64,000 bases of DNA from Candidatus Latescibacterota bacterium. GTDB taxonomy: Bacteria > Latescibacterota > UBA2968 > UBA8231. The DNA lies in NCBI GenBank assembly GCA_965223905.1, contig CBDCXV010000010.1, forward strand, positions 1,312,001 to 1,376,000. Direction: 5' to 3'. The first letter of the stretch is position 1. Every line of letters begins with the position of its first letter. Made by a program: the position numbers and the translations under genes. This document shows, in pieces, positions 12,033-21,953 of this stretch. The notes under the pieces are model-generated. The model ran no database searches. It had not been told where the DNA came from and saw nothing but the letters and a program-made list of their open reading frames with translations.

Positions 12033-12560
12033 ATGGCGGTCTCCCAAATGGACTTGGATGACGCGGTATTCCACTACACCAGCGCGAAGGGTCTGTTGGG
12101 GATTCTGTCCTCGGGGCAGCTTTGGAGCACCGCGCACATTGCCACAAACGACGAGTCCGAGTTCAGGTACGGACAGGGCGTCCTGGCCTCCGTGCTCGAA
12201 GCCAGCGGCGCTGTCGGGCAGATGGATGCGCGTGTTCTTGCGGCGCTGGAGAAGCTCGGAATGAATCACGCGGAAGCCGCGGCCAGGTTTCGAGGACCAT
12301 CTCGTTTTCGTCATGGATCACTTCGTAACCGCGTACGTGACGTCGTTCTGCAGAGCGCGCTCCGAAAAGGACTATCTCGACGGCCTGCTGAGCCAGTGGC
12401 GGGGGTACGGCGGCGCGGACGGATACGCCATCGAGTTCAGTAGGACGAAGCTCCTAGACTGGATCGACCGGATTGGCCAAGAGGGGTTTGCCTACGGGTT
12501 TCACGACGTTTTCTACGAGCGCGACAACCCAGTCCGGCCAAAGTTGGCGACCCAGTATCC
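12033..12560 (+). pseudogene. DUF2971-like protein, frameshifted and truncated
   Basis: FHYTS..GILSSGQLW..NDESE, then other frame VTSFC..LLSQWRGYG..GYAIEF. Confidence 0.75.
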
Positions 12561-12786
12561 GGGTGGGCCACAACGGCGGCGGCGGAGCTAGACTCGGGAA
12601 TCTCATTGCCCGAGCTGCGCAAACCTTCGAGATGAAGGGCAAGAGCCTCCGCAGCCAGTTCCTTGGCCTCTTCAAAGGTGTGGCCGGCGGTGACACAGCC
12701 GGGTAAATCGGGGAAGCTGACCCCGTAGTCGCTCTCCCGCTCCTTGTGACCAAGCTGATGTACGTTCGCTTCACGGTGGTTTCCAA
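12560..12786 (-). pseudogene. hicB: HicB-family antitoxin, frameshifted and truncated; no hicA
   Basis: YGVSFPDLPGCVTAGHTFEEAKELAAEALALHLEG. Confidence 0.75.
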
Positions 12787-12807
12787 TAGGGAAGCGCTTA
12801 GGAAAAC

Positions 12808-13806
12808 TCACGAAGACAGATCGAGCGACCGTCGAAGGGTCGCGACAAATTTTCCGCGGAATCCCTCGTCATCATCCCTGGACCAGAGAACGGTCGTACA
12901 GTGATTCGTATCGAAGTGGGTCTTTTGCTTCTCGAATTTTCCTTTTTCGCAGATGTAGATCACAGGCTTGTCCAGACCCTCCGCGAAACCGGCCTCCCAG
13001 TACGCGCCATGGTTGTCATGGGTTAGATCGACAATGACGAACTTCGCGTCCCTGATTTGGACCCGCATGATATTATCGATGATTCCTGCCTTCCCAACAT
13101 CGTTCATATCCACAAGATCGTAGCCGATCTCATCTTTCACAGCCGGTTTCAGAACTTCCTTGACAAAGGCTTTGAGATCGGGTTCATCAAACTGCATGGC
13201 GAAGAAACCGTAGTTTCCGGCAAATCTTCCGCGTTTTTCGGCTTCATACTGCTCCCATCCCTCCAGACTGAGATCAATGTTGGTAAACAAAGAGATGGGA
13301 CGTCCTGTAGCCGGATCCATCCCGACGGCAGTACCAAGGGGGTCGGCTTTTAGTGTTTTACCCTCAACCAATTCCTTTGTCAGTCGAATGGCCGCCTCAA
13401 AGTTCGGCGCCCCAATAATCGCATGGAGATGATCTGGAGCAACAGACAAGCTTTCTCCAGTTTGGGAAACCTGATCGCCTATGTACCGGATCAAGTTTGC
13501 AGCCCGTTCATGCGGAGTGGGAAGTCGACAATTCGATAAGAATTCCCTTAGCCATTTTGTGTCTACCATAGAGGGTTGTTTGTTCTCATGTTTCGTGCGC
13601 AATACATGACTTAGACATGCGCGTTGAACTGCTGCCAGCGCATCAGCTTGTTGATCTAACTGACCGCATAATGCCGTCCTGCTTATTGCGTACTGCCCAC
13701 AGGTCGTGCATTTGAACTTGGAGCCATCGAGGCCATCCGCCGGGTAACGCCAGCACCGACCACCATCTTCCTTCTGACAGACAGGATAATTCGCCGGTTC
13801 CATCAT
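12808..13806 (-). CDS. Zn-ribbon/wHTH protein with C-terminal nucleoside 2-deoxyribosyltransferase-like domain
   Basis: CTTCGQY; FFAMQF..IVDLTHDNHGAYWEAGFAEGLDKPVIYIC. Confidence 0.72.
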   Translation of the reverse strand: MMEPANYPVCQKEDGGRCWRYPADGLDGSKFKCTTCGQYAISRTALCGQLDQQADALAAVQRACLSHVLRTKHENKQPSMVDTKWLREFLSNCRLPTPHERAANLIRYIGDQVSQTGESLSVAPDHLHAIIGAPNFEAAIRLTKELVEGKTLKADPLGTAVGMDPATGRPISLFTNIDLSLEGWEQYEAEKRGRFAGNYGFFAMQFDEPDLKAFVKEVLKPAVKDEIGYDLVDMNDVGKAGIIDNIMRVQIRDAKFVIVDLTHDNHGAYWEAGFAEGLDKPVIYICEKGKFEKQKTHFDTNHCTTVLWSRDDDEGFRGKFVATLRRSLDLSS

Positions 13807-13831
13807 TTTATCATGTAATTCCTGTGCAGCG

Positions 13832-16702
13832 TCACGCCGAGGTGGGCGGTTCCCCGCTGGCAAAGTTCATGGACAACAGTTCCCGCAGCGCCTGGTCCTC
13901 CGAAACATCTACATCCCACCCATAGGCCGCCGCCACAGATGCATCGAGAGCCGAGTGCGCGTCCTCGAGCCACTGAGGGCGGGCGTTGTAGAGGTTGGTC
14001 AGCGTGCGCTTCTTGAGCTCCTTCTCCGCTTCCTCGTCGCGGGGCACGGGGCGCCTGGGATAACCTGCAACAGGCTCCTCCACCCACTCCACCCATTCGG
14101 GCGGATTCAGCCACCGGTCTCTCAGCTCGACCAGCCGTCGGGCTGCGTCGGCAATGGCAACGGCGGGCGGATCATCCGCATAGTCCGTCGCGGGAACGTC
14201 GGGCGACAGCCCCTCCGGGAACGGGTAAGTCTCGAATGTTGTCGTCGGGGTGTAGCGCGGGCGGTCTTCCAGGCTTGTGCCCAGGCGCAGGGACCACGCC
14301 TCGTGAAAGCGGCTGTGCAGGATCCCGAAGGTGGTGTCGTCGTCGCGCGCGATGACGATCAGTTGATGATCAGGACAAACCCGCGCGTCAAGCCAGGCGA
14401 ACAGCCGGTGCTTTGCTACCGTCGGCGTAACGATGTAACGCTGCAGTCCGTCGAGTGCCTCCCACATACCCGGCCTCGGCTCGACGTGCCGCCACCAATT
14501 GGTGCGGTAGGCTTCTCGCCGGTTCCCTTGCCGCTTCGGATAGACGTGCTCCATTGCGTGTCGAAACGGGGCCTCGTAGAGCGCCGCCTCCTCCCGCACC
14601 ATGCTGGATCCGAAATCGACGATCCATTTGTCCGCCGGGCGCCGCGTGACGTCCATGCCGTTCATCCATGGTCCCAGGACATCGGAGTTGGGTCTCCCGT
14701 TCGGGTTGGCCGGCTCCCGCAGCCATTCCCGGGCCTGCTCTCCAGGGACGTCGAAGGGGCCGCCCTTCGTGTCCCCCATGAAGGCGACGCCCATGTTCCG
14801 GTGAAGCCGCCGAGCCTCCGTCAGATCGATGCCCGCCCCGCCGCGCTTCGCGGTCAGGTCGGCGTGAACCTCATCGACAAGTTGGCCGTCGAGTCTCCGT
14901 CCCGACACCGATCCGGCATCCTGCCCCGAGAAGCAGATCAGGGAAACGCGTACCGCGGCGCCGTCGATCACCCACGGCTCGTCGCTCCATGCCTCGAAGA
15001 TCGGACGGCCGTCGATCGCGGTCTGCAAGGCCCTCCGGTTCGCGCCCCCTCTAATTGAATTGGTCGAGACGAGGCCGGCTCGTTTCGCTTTGCCCGCTGC
15101 GAGGTGATCACCGGCCTTCACGAACCAGTAGCAAACGAGATCGACCTCGGCCGGCACGCGGCCTTCGTACGCAGCGAAAATTCTCCCAACGTACTCCTCC
15201 CCGAGGTGGGCGTTGAGGAGCTTGCCGCCGAGAAACGGCGGGTTGCCGATCACCACGTCGGCCTGCGGCCACTCCGGCTCGCTTCCCTCCGGCGACAGGA
15301 TCGCGTCGCGGCATTCGATGGTGTCGAGCGGCTTTAGGATCGGATCGCGCAACTCCCCGAATCCGTTGCGCCGCATCCACTGGATCTCGCCGATCCAGAC
15401 CGACACGCGGGCCAGTTCCGCGGCGTAGGGGTTGATCTCGATTCCCCTGACGTTGGCCGGGCCGACCCGGGGGAATTCGCGCTGGAGGCCCATGGCGTCG
15501 GCCTCCAGCTGCACCCGGTGCTCCAGGTCCTTGAGCGCGTGCAGCGCCAGATAGAGGAAGTTGCCGGAACCGCAGGCGGGATCGAGCACCGTGAAGCCGC
15601 GCAGGCGTTCGAGAAAGGCGCGCAGCAGCCGTTCAGCCTGTCCCCGCTGCCGTGTCCCTGCGGCCCTCGACCTGGTTCCGCCGGCGCGATCGAGAGCGGC
15701 TGCGATCTCCGCCTTCACCCTCTCCCATTCCGCCAGCAGGGGACGGACGACCACGGGCTCGACGATGCGCATGATCTTGTCCCGGTCGGTGTAGTGCGCC
15801 CCGAGCTGCGAACGCTTGTCCGGGTCGAGACCGCGCTCGAACAGGGTGCCGAGGATGGAAGGGTCGATCTCGGCCCAGTCGAGCGACGCGGCTTCGAGCG
15901 CCGTCTCGATCTCCGCCTTCTCGAGGGACAGGGCGGCATCGTCGTCGAACAGCCCGCCGTTGAACCACGCCACTGCCTCGAATCCGACGCGGCCCCCGTT
16001 GGACATCGCCGCGAACAGATCGCGGGCCATGCCGGCGAACTCCTGCGGTTGCCGGCGCGCCTGTTGCAGCATGCGCGTGAACATGTCCCCCGGCAGCAGG
16101 CCCACGTCCTCGGCGAACATGCAGAAGACGAGGCGATTGATGAAGTGCGCCACCGCCTGCGGGTCGTGGCCGCGCTCCCTCAGCGACTGCGCCAGCGCCG
16201 CGAAAGCGGTGGCCGCGCGCTCGGTGAGTGTCTGGCGCGTCTCTCCCGGACGCAGGCGCTCGGGATCGGAGAGCGCCCACTTGAGCTTGTCGCGGACCGC
16301 GGCGTCGGCGAGGTCGTCGATGGCGAACTCGAGGGTTTCGCTGACGCTGTTGGTCCAGTTGGTGCGGATGCGGAACCGCCGCATGTCGGAGACGATCAGA
16401 AGCGGCGGGTTCTCCAGGGCCAGGGCGTACTGCCTGAGCTGATCGAAGGCGGCGTCGAGGTTGGCTTGGCCGCCCTTGTACTCCCAGGCGAAGCAGTGCC
16501 GCTTCCACACGTCGGCCCAACCGCCGACGCCGGTCTCCTTGCGCGCTCCCTTCTCGAAGCAGTAGGTCTCGCCGGTCGGGTCGGCCTCGGCCGGTGTCGG
16601 TTCGCCCAGGAGCCGGCACAAGTCGATGAAGTGCTCCTGCGATGCCGAGCGTTCCTTCAGCTCCGACGCCCGCCACTTGGAGATGAATTCACCCGGGGTC
16701 AT
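13832..16702 (-). CDS. MmeI-like (type IIG/IIL) restriction enzyme-N6-adenine DNA methyltransferase fusion
   Basis: ADVW..WEYK nuclease-like motif, GAHYT, LDPACGSGNF, GNPPF, C-terminal TRD-like region. Confidence 0.9.
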   Translation of the reverse strand: MTPGEFISKWRASELKERSASQEHFIDLCRLLGEPTPAEADPTGETYCFEKGARKETGVGGWADVWKRHCFAWEYKGGQANLDAAFDQLRQYALALENPPLLIVSDMRRFRIRTNWTNSVSETLEFAIDDLADAAVRDKLKWALSDPERLRPGETRQTLTERAATAFAALAQSLRERGHDPQAVAHFINRLVFCMFAEDVGLLPGDMFTRMLQQARRQPQEFAGMARDLFAAMSNGGRVGFEAVAWFNGGLFDDDAALSLEKAEIETALEAASLDWAEIDPSILGTLFERGLDPDKRSQLGAHYTDRDKIMRIVEPVVVRPLLAEWERVKAEIAAALDRAGGTRSRAAGTRQRGQAERLLRAFLERLRGFTVLDPACGSGNFLYLALHALKDLEHRVQLEADAMGLQREFPRVGPANVRGIEINPYAAELARVSVWIGEIQWMRRNGFGELRDPILKPLDTIECRDAILSPEGSEPEWPQADVVIGNPPFLGGKLLNAHLGEEYVGRIFAAYEGRVPAEVDLVCYWFVKAGDHLAAGKAKRAGLVSTNSIRGGANRRALQTAIDGRPIFEAWSDEPWVIDGAAVRVSLICFSGQDAGSVSGRRLDGQLVDEVHADLTAKRGGAGIDLTEARRLHRNMGVAFMGDTKGGPFDVPGEQAREWLREPANPNGRPNSDVLGPWMNGMDVTRRPADKWIVDFGSSMVREEAALYEAPFRHAMEHVYPKRQGNRREAYRTNWWRHVEPRPGMWEALDGLQRYIVTPTVAKHRLFAWLDARVCPDHQLIVIARDDDTTFGILHSRFHEAWSLRLGTSLEDRPRYTPTTTFETYPFPEGLSPDVPATDYADDPPAVAIADAARRLVELRDRWLNPPEWVEWVEEPVAGYPRRPVPRDEEAEKELKKRTLTNLYNARPQWLEDAHSALDASVAAAYGWDVDVSEDQALRELLSMNFASGEPPTSA

Positions 16703-17124
16703 GGGTTCACCTGCAACCCGAGCTTTGTCCGCAAAGAAGTCACGATGCGCAAATCTCCAGCTCTCTCGAATCCTTCATATCTCAAGATGCCGCTGCCCGG
16801 TTCGGGCGGCAAACCAGTGGACTTGAAGACTGCGACGACTGCGGGGAGGGCCCGGTGGACCTTGCCTAATCACCGGTTTCGTTTCGGACTGAGCTACGCT
16901 GGTGAGCGAAAGGTTCGGGCGCCTTGCTTCACCGATTCCCGGTTCTTTGTGCCCTACTCCTCAATTTCTCCTCAGGCGGAACAACGCACACTTTCGCGAT
17001 CCCCTCGATCCTTTCCAAACCCACCCATAATCCCGTTTATCCTGCCCATGCGCTGCCCCCGCTTGGTGGACGCGCCCGTGACCCACTGCGACCCGCACGG
17101 GATTCCATAGCTGCCCAAATTGCG

Positions 17125-17390
17125 ATGAAAACCCGTCACAGAGCTTACGCCTATATCACCAACGGGAGCCGCCTGCTTCTTTTTACTCAACCCGAGGCAC
17201 CGGAAGCTGGCATTCAAGTTCCAGCTGGAACAATTGAACCAGGAGAGAATCCTCAGGATGCCGTGATGCGAGAAGCAAAGGAGGAGACGGGTATAACCGA
17301 GCTCAGATGTGAACGGTTTCTGGCCCAGGATACCCGAGACATGCGGGATTGCGGGCGCGATGAACTACAGTATCGCTGGTTCTTTCATTT
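17125..17390 (+). pseudogene. NUDIX hydrolase, C-terminally truncated
   Basis: Nudix box GTIEPGENPQDAVMREAKEETG; runs directly into a half attC-like site. Confidence 0.8.
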
Positions 17391-17440
17391 GGGCCTACGG
17401 CAACCCGCTTCCCGGGTTCGCAAACCGGGGATCGTCAGGG
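17389..17440 (+). repeat. Right half of an attC-like site
   Basis: TTGGGCCTACGGCAACCCGCTTCCCGGGTTCGCAAACCGGGGATCGTCAGGG matches the right half of site 29371-29457. Confidence 0.8.
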
Positions 17441-17490
17441 CAAAACCGGGTTCATGTTTTCGTATATTGTTGAGGGCATGGAGGTCAAGG

Positions 17491-17715
17491 ATGAATGAAC
17501 GAATCACAATCGATCCCTCGATCCGTCATGGCAAGCCGGTGGTGCGGGGGACCCGAGTGCCCGTGCACCGAATTATCGGGAACCTTGCAGGTGGGGCAAC
17601 CCCAGAAGAAGTCTGTGAGGAATATGGCATTACCGACGCGGATGTACGGGCTGCTCTTGAGTACGCTGAGGAACTCGTAGAAGCAGAAGAAGCTCATCCA
17701 CTACCTGCATCCTGA
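17491..17715 (+). CDS. DUF433 family antitoxin-like protein
   Basis: ITIDPSIRHGKPVVRGTRVPV..EEYGIT..VRAALEYA; GGAGG RBS. Confidence 0.88.
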   Translation: MNERITIDPSIRHGKPVVRGTRVPVHRIIGNLAGGATPEEVCEEYGITDADVRAALEYAEELVEAEEAHPLPAS

Positions 17716-17721
17716 ATCGGT

Positions 17722-17790
17722 TTGCAATTCATCATCGACGCTGATCTTCCACGCGCTGTAGCCCGTGTGATCGCCGATAAGTACGCATCA
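17722..17790 (+). pseudogene. DUF5615 PIN-like toxin N-terminal stub
   Basis: MQFIIDADLPRAVA directly after DUF433; truncated after about 20 codons. Confidence 0.65.
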
Positions 17791-17814
17791 ACCTCAAGGG
17801 AGGAAACTGTGAGC

Positions 17815-20433
17815 ATGAAGACGATAATACCGCGCGCACTCACCCCTGGCCGGCTCGCCATCTTCGCCGCGCTGTTGTCCCTGTCGGCCACGGCCACCGC
17901 GACGGCCCAGACAACCGGAACGATCGAGGGCACGGTCGTCGACGAGAACGGCTTCTCCTTGCCCGGCGTCCTGGTGACGGCGACCGGTTCCGGCGTGCGC
18001 GAGGAAAGCGTGACCGACGTCGCCGGCTCCTACGGGTTCGCCGGCCTTGCCGCCGGGGACTATCTCGTAACGGCGACCCTGCCTGGTTTCGATCCCGTCG
18101 AGCGTCGGGTCTCTGTCCAGGCGGGCGCCACCGAAACCGTCCCGCTCGTTCTGCAGGTCCCATTGCTTCTCGATACGCTCAGCGTCGTCGCCGACGAACC
18201 CCGGACTTTCGCGCGCAACGTCGTCCCCGTGCCGATGATCCGGCAGCAGTCGAACATCACCAGCGTCGCCGCGGTGGTGGACAACCTCCCCGGGGTATCC
18301 ATCCAGGAGGGGGACGCGTACGGGTTCGACGACTGGTCGAACAATGCCGTCGTGCGCGGCTTCCAGGTGACCATCAGCGAGGCGCAGATCGGCACCACCG
18401 TCGACGGCTTTCCCAACGGCACCTCCGACTACTTCAGCGGCGCCAAAGCGAACCGGTTCATCGACCCGATGAACCTCGGAGGGGTCGAGGTGTCGCAGGG
18501 GACGGCCGACATAGCCTCCCGGTCGGTCGAGGCGCTGGGCGGCACCTTCAACTACCGGACGGACGATCCGGCGGCGGAGCGGACCTACACCGCGTCGACC
18601 ACCCTCGGCGAGAACGACGGCAAGCGCTTCTCCATGCGGGTCGACACCGGACCGTTGTTCGGCGGTGAGACGCGCGCCTGGATCGCCGCGGTCCGGCAGG
18701 AGGCGACCGACTGGGTGCAGGGCTCGGCGAGGAACGAACGGGAGCACATCGCCGCCAAGATGGTTTCGCCGCGCGGGCGCCTCGATCTCACCGGCTACCT
18801 CTCCTACGACGATATCCACGAGGATACCTACCAGCGGATCTACGGCGAGGCCGATTTCCGGGCGAACCCGCGCTGGGACCGGCTGGTCGGCGACTGGCCC
18901 GGGGTGCCCTACCTCAACCAGTTCTACCGGCCCGGCTGGCAGACCCGGCGCACCAACACGCTCGCCTACCTCAAGGCCGACTGGCCGTTCAGCGAGCTCA
19001 GCAACCTGAGCGCCGGCGCCTACTACCATCGCAACAGGGGCCGCGGCGACTGGCTGCCCCCTTACATAGTCGACGTGGTCGACGACGGGGATGGACCCGA
19101 GTCGGAGCTGGCGGGCCTCCCACCGGTGCGGGGCGGCGATCAGCCCGGGCTCATCCGCTTCGTGGACGGCAACGGCGTTGCCGTCGCACCGGCGCCCGAC
19201 TGCGAGTCGTCCTACATCTACAACTACTACGGCTCGGGAGGCCCGGAGGTCGACCCGGCCTGCCACCCGGGGGCCACGGCAGTGCAATCGTACCGCCACA
19301 GCCACTACGGGAAGGATCGCCTCGGCGCAACCCTCGACGGGGAATGGTCCACTTCCATTGGCGGGGCCGGCAGCGCCCTGCGTGCCGGGATCTGGTACGA
19401 GGGCTCGCGGCGCGACCTCGGCCGGGACTGGCACCGGATGCTGGATCCGGCGCTCAGCTTCAAGTGGGACGAGCGGCCCTACTGGCACCAGTACGAGTGG
19501 GACTTCCCGCAGCACGTCTTCAAGTGGTACCTGGAGGAGACGCTTTACGCCGGTGCGCTGGCCCTGAGCGCCGGCATCAAGCAGTTCCGGATCGGCGTGT
19601 CGCGCGAGGACAAGTTCGATGTCGACCCGGAACTGACGGTCGATTCCGATTCGGATCTGCTCTTCTCGGGGGGTGTCACCTACGAGACGCCGGTGGCGGG
19701 CCTCGACCTGTTCGCCGGCTATGCGGAGAACTTCAAGGCGATCAGCAGCACGCTGCTCGAAGTCCCGGGCAGGAGTCTGGACCTCCTCGAACCCGAGACC
19801 GCCTCGAACATCGACGTGGGGCTGCAGTATGTCGGCGAACGGGTCGCGTTGAGCGCCGCCTGGTACTCCATCGATTTCCAGAACCGGATCTTCTACCTCG
19901 GCCCGCAGACGACCGCCGGTCCCAACTACCTCATCCCCGGGGGCGGAGCCTACTTCAACGCGGGGGGTATCGAAACGAGCGGGGTCGAGCTGTCCGCCAC
20001 GGTGCCGTTGCCGAATCGGACCTCGTTCTACACAGCGGTCACCTTCAACGACTCGAAATACATAGGGACCGGCGATCCGCTCGTCGACGACAACCAGGGC
20101 ATCGTGCCCGGCACCGACGTTGCGGGCGTACCGGGCCGGCTGTGGGTCCTCTCGCTCGACCGCAGCGGGCCGCTTGCCGGCGGCCTGTCCGCCAAGTACA
20201 CGTCGCCGCGGCGCGTCAGTCTGGCCGCGGACTGGGACACGGACGCCTACTGGCTGGTGGACGCCTACGTCAGTTTCTCGGGGGGAGCGTTGAGCGATCA
20301 GCTGCGGTCGGCGGAGTTCTCGATCGTGGCGAACAACCCGCTCGACAAGGCCTATCTGTCCGCAATCACCGAGAATGCCGCCTGGCTGGGCGCGCCGCGC
20401 ACGGTTTCAGTGACTGCGACCGTCTCCTTCTGA
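17815..20433 (+). CDS. TonB-dependent receptor
   Basis: Signal peptide, carboxypeptidase-regulatory-like domain, plug (LPGV), LEPET, ends APRTVSVTATVSF. Confidence 0.9.
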   Translation: MKTIIPRALTPGRLAIFAALLSLSATATATAQTTGTIEGTVVDENGFSLPGVLVTATGSGVREESVTDVAGSYGFAGLAAGDYLVTATLPGFDPVERRVSVQAGATETVPLVLQVPLLLDTLSVVADEPRTFARNVVPVPMIRQQSNITSVAAVVDNLPGVSIQEGDAYGFDDWSNNAVVRGFQVTISEAQIGTTVDGFPNGTSDYFSGAKANRFIDPMNLGGVEVSQGTADIASRSVEALGGTFNYRTDDPAAERTYTASTTLGENDGKRFSMRVDTGPLFGGETRAWIAAVRQEATDWVQGSARNEREHIAAKMVSPRGRLDLTGYLSYDDIHEDTYQRIYGEADFRANPRWDRLVGDWPGVPYLNQFYRPGWQTRRTNTLAYLKADWPFSELSNLSAGAYYHRNRGRGDWLPPYIVDVVDDGDGPESELAGLPPVRGGDQPGLIRFVDGNGVAVAPAPDCESSYIYNYYGSGGPEVDPACHPGATAVQSYRHSHYGKDRLGATLDGEWSTSIGGAGSALRAGIWYEGSRRDLGRDWHRMLDPALSFKWDERPYWHQYEWDFPQHVFKWYLEETLYAGALALSAGIKQFRIGVSREDKFDVDPELTVDSDSDLLFSGGVTYETPVAGLDLFAGYAENFKAISSTLLEVPGRSLDLLEPETASNIDVGLQYVGERVALSAAWYSIDFQNRIFYLGPQTTAGPNYLIPGGGAYFNAGGIETSGVELSATVPLPNRTSFYTAVTFNDSKYIGTGDPLVDDNQGIVPGTDVAGVPGRLWVLSLDRSGPLAGGLSAKYTSPRRVSLAADWDTDAYWLVDAYVSFSGGALSDQLRSAEFSIVANNPLDKAYLSAITENAAWLGAPRTVSVTATVSF

Positions 20434-20452
20434 GGGGAATGCGGGTGCAGCA

Positions 20453-21372
20453 ATGAGGGCGACGTTGCTTCCGATGTTGGTGCTGGCATTCTACCTGATT
20501 GCCGCGGGCAGCTCCGTGCAGGCGCATTGGGGGGATCGGGTGTACCCCATATACGAACTGACGGAGAGCATGCTGGCAGATATCGATGTGACGGATGGCT
20601 TGATCGATGAATGGCAGGAGATTGGGCCGCCTTCAGCGACGGGTCTGGACTTTTCAGTCTTCTCCTTGTGGGAGGAGCCGGAATACGATCCATCCGATCT
20701 GGATTTACGGCTGTGGTTGGGTTGGTCGGCGTCTCAGAGCCGGATCTACGTGGCTCTGGCATGCGTGGACAACGTGGGGGTCAATCGGACCAACTACGAC
20801 CCCGCAGACGAACACTTGCCACTCGATGGATTCGGCTTCTACGTCGATGCCGATCACAGCGGCGGCGATTTTTTTCCGACGGCCGCCCCTGACTAAGTGA
20901 AGAGTACAAGCTGCAGGACGACGCCCAAGTACAGAGTTACGGCATCTCGCCAGATGTACCACCCGGCGAGGATAATATTCTGGGCATGTCGGCTTGGGCG
21001 GACTGGCCGGAGGAGCCGCCCTTTGGCCAAGGATTCGGAATCACACACGGGGAAAACCCGTCTATTTGGGTTGTCGAGTTTTACCTGACGCCGTTTGACC
21101 TCTTTGTGTATTCGGGGGCGGAAGAGAGTGCCGTCTCGGCCCTGTCCGCCGGCAAGGTCATTGGTTTCAGATGTCTGGTTAACGATGCCGACGGCGGCGT
21201 TTTATTCACGGAGAATTTCAAGAGATACCTTCTGCCCGCGATGGGTCTGGACGCACACCTAGAGAACGAAGTCAACGCGGATTCGTTTGCTGATGGGGTT
21301 CTGATCGGAGCAGAAGGTACGGTGGTCGAAGATCTCACCTGGGGCCGGATCAAGGCGTCGTTGGACAGATGA
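20453..21372 (+). pseudogene. Secreted protein with C-terminal TWGxIK motif, split by a frameshift near 20893
   Basis: Signal peptide; DGLIDEW; coding continues in a shifted frame to VEDLTWGRIKASLDR. Confidence 0.7.
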
Positions 21373-21526
21373 TTGCGGCAGTGCCTGTCAGGGGACTTGA
21401 CCGCCGTAAGCAATACCACCGTGTGGGAGTATCTGATTACGACCGTTCAGCCAAATACGTACCATCGTTTCGGATAAGTAACCCTCGGGCGGTTGTTATC
21501 CGAACAATTGGTTCGGGTACAATCAG

Positions 21527-21865
21527 TTAGGCGAAGGCATAAGAAAAAATGGATGGATTTGGTGGAGTATAGATCATGAGAGGGTGTTGGAGAGTTCGGG
21601 CTGGCGCTTTGCAGTGGAGGAGCATTTACGGAGATGGTCGCCTCGTCGCACGTGATTTCCCAACCCCGTCCGGCGCGCTAATACCGCTTGGGCGTTGCGT
21701 TTTACCTGGTCAAGAAATGATGAAATCAATGGGCAGTTGGGGAGATCGGGACCTGCGGATTGGGAGACCGACGAAAGATGGAGGGCTGAGGAGGGGCGCC
21801 GGACGGCCTCTCCACCACCCAAGCCCGAGAGTTTCTCCCATCGTGGTCGATCCGAGCAGGCCCTC
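21527..21865. other. ORF-less cassette body, copy A (candidate structured ncRNA)
   Basis: Bounded by GTTAGGCGA/TCGCCTAAC; homologous to 22918-23255 with 1-bp indels; internal inverted repeats. Confidence 0.75.
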
Positions 21866-21949
21866 GCCTAACACCTGTTCCCCCGGCTTCGGGCCCTGCG
21901 GGCCCTCCGCCAAACCGCTGTGCGGTTCGGGGGCACTGAGACGTTAGCC
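21866..21949 (+). repeat. attC-like site 1
   Basis: GCCTAAC...CGGGGGCACTGAGAC-GTTAGCC. Confidence 0.9.
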
Positions 21950-21953
21950 GCAA

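Noticed and set aside
16924-17715. NUDIX-DUF433 fusion protein (263 aa)
   Set aside because: The in-frame join runs through a half att site and DUF433 has its own RBS and ATG, so it is a chance product of deletion.
17722-20433. 903-aa PIN-TonB receptor fusion
   Set aside because: Only about 20 toxin-like residues precede a separate RBS and signal peptide at 17809-17815.
21700-21860. Hammerhead ribozyme (TGATGA..CGAAA) or sigma70 promoter in the ORF-less cassette
   Set aside because: CUGANGA is absent and TGATGA is not conserved in copy B; no -35/-10 pair has acceptable spacing in both copies.
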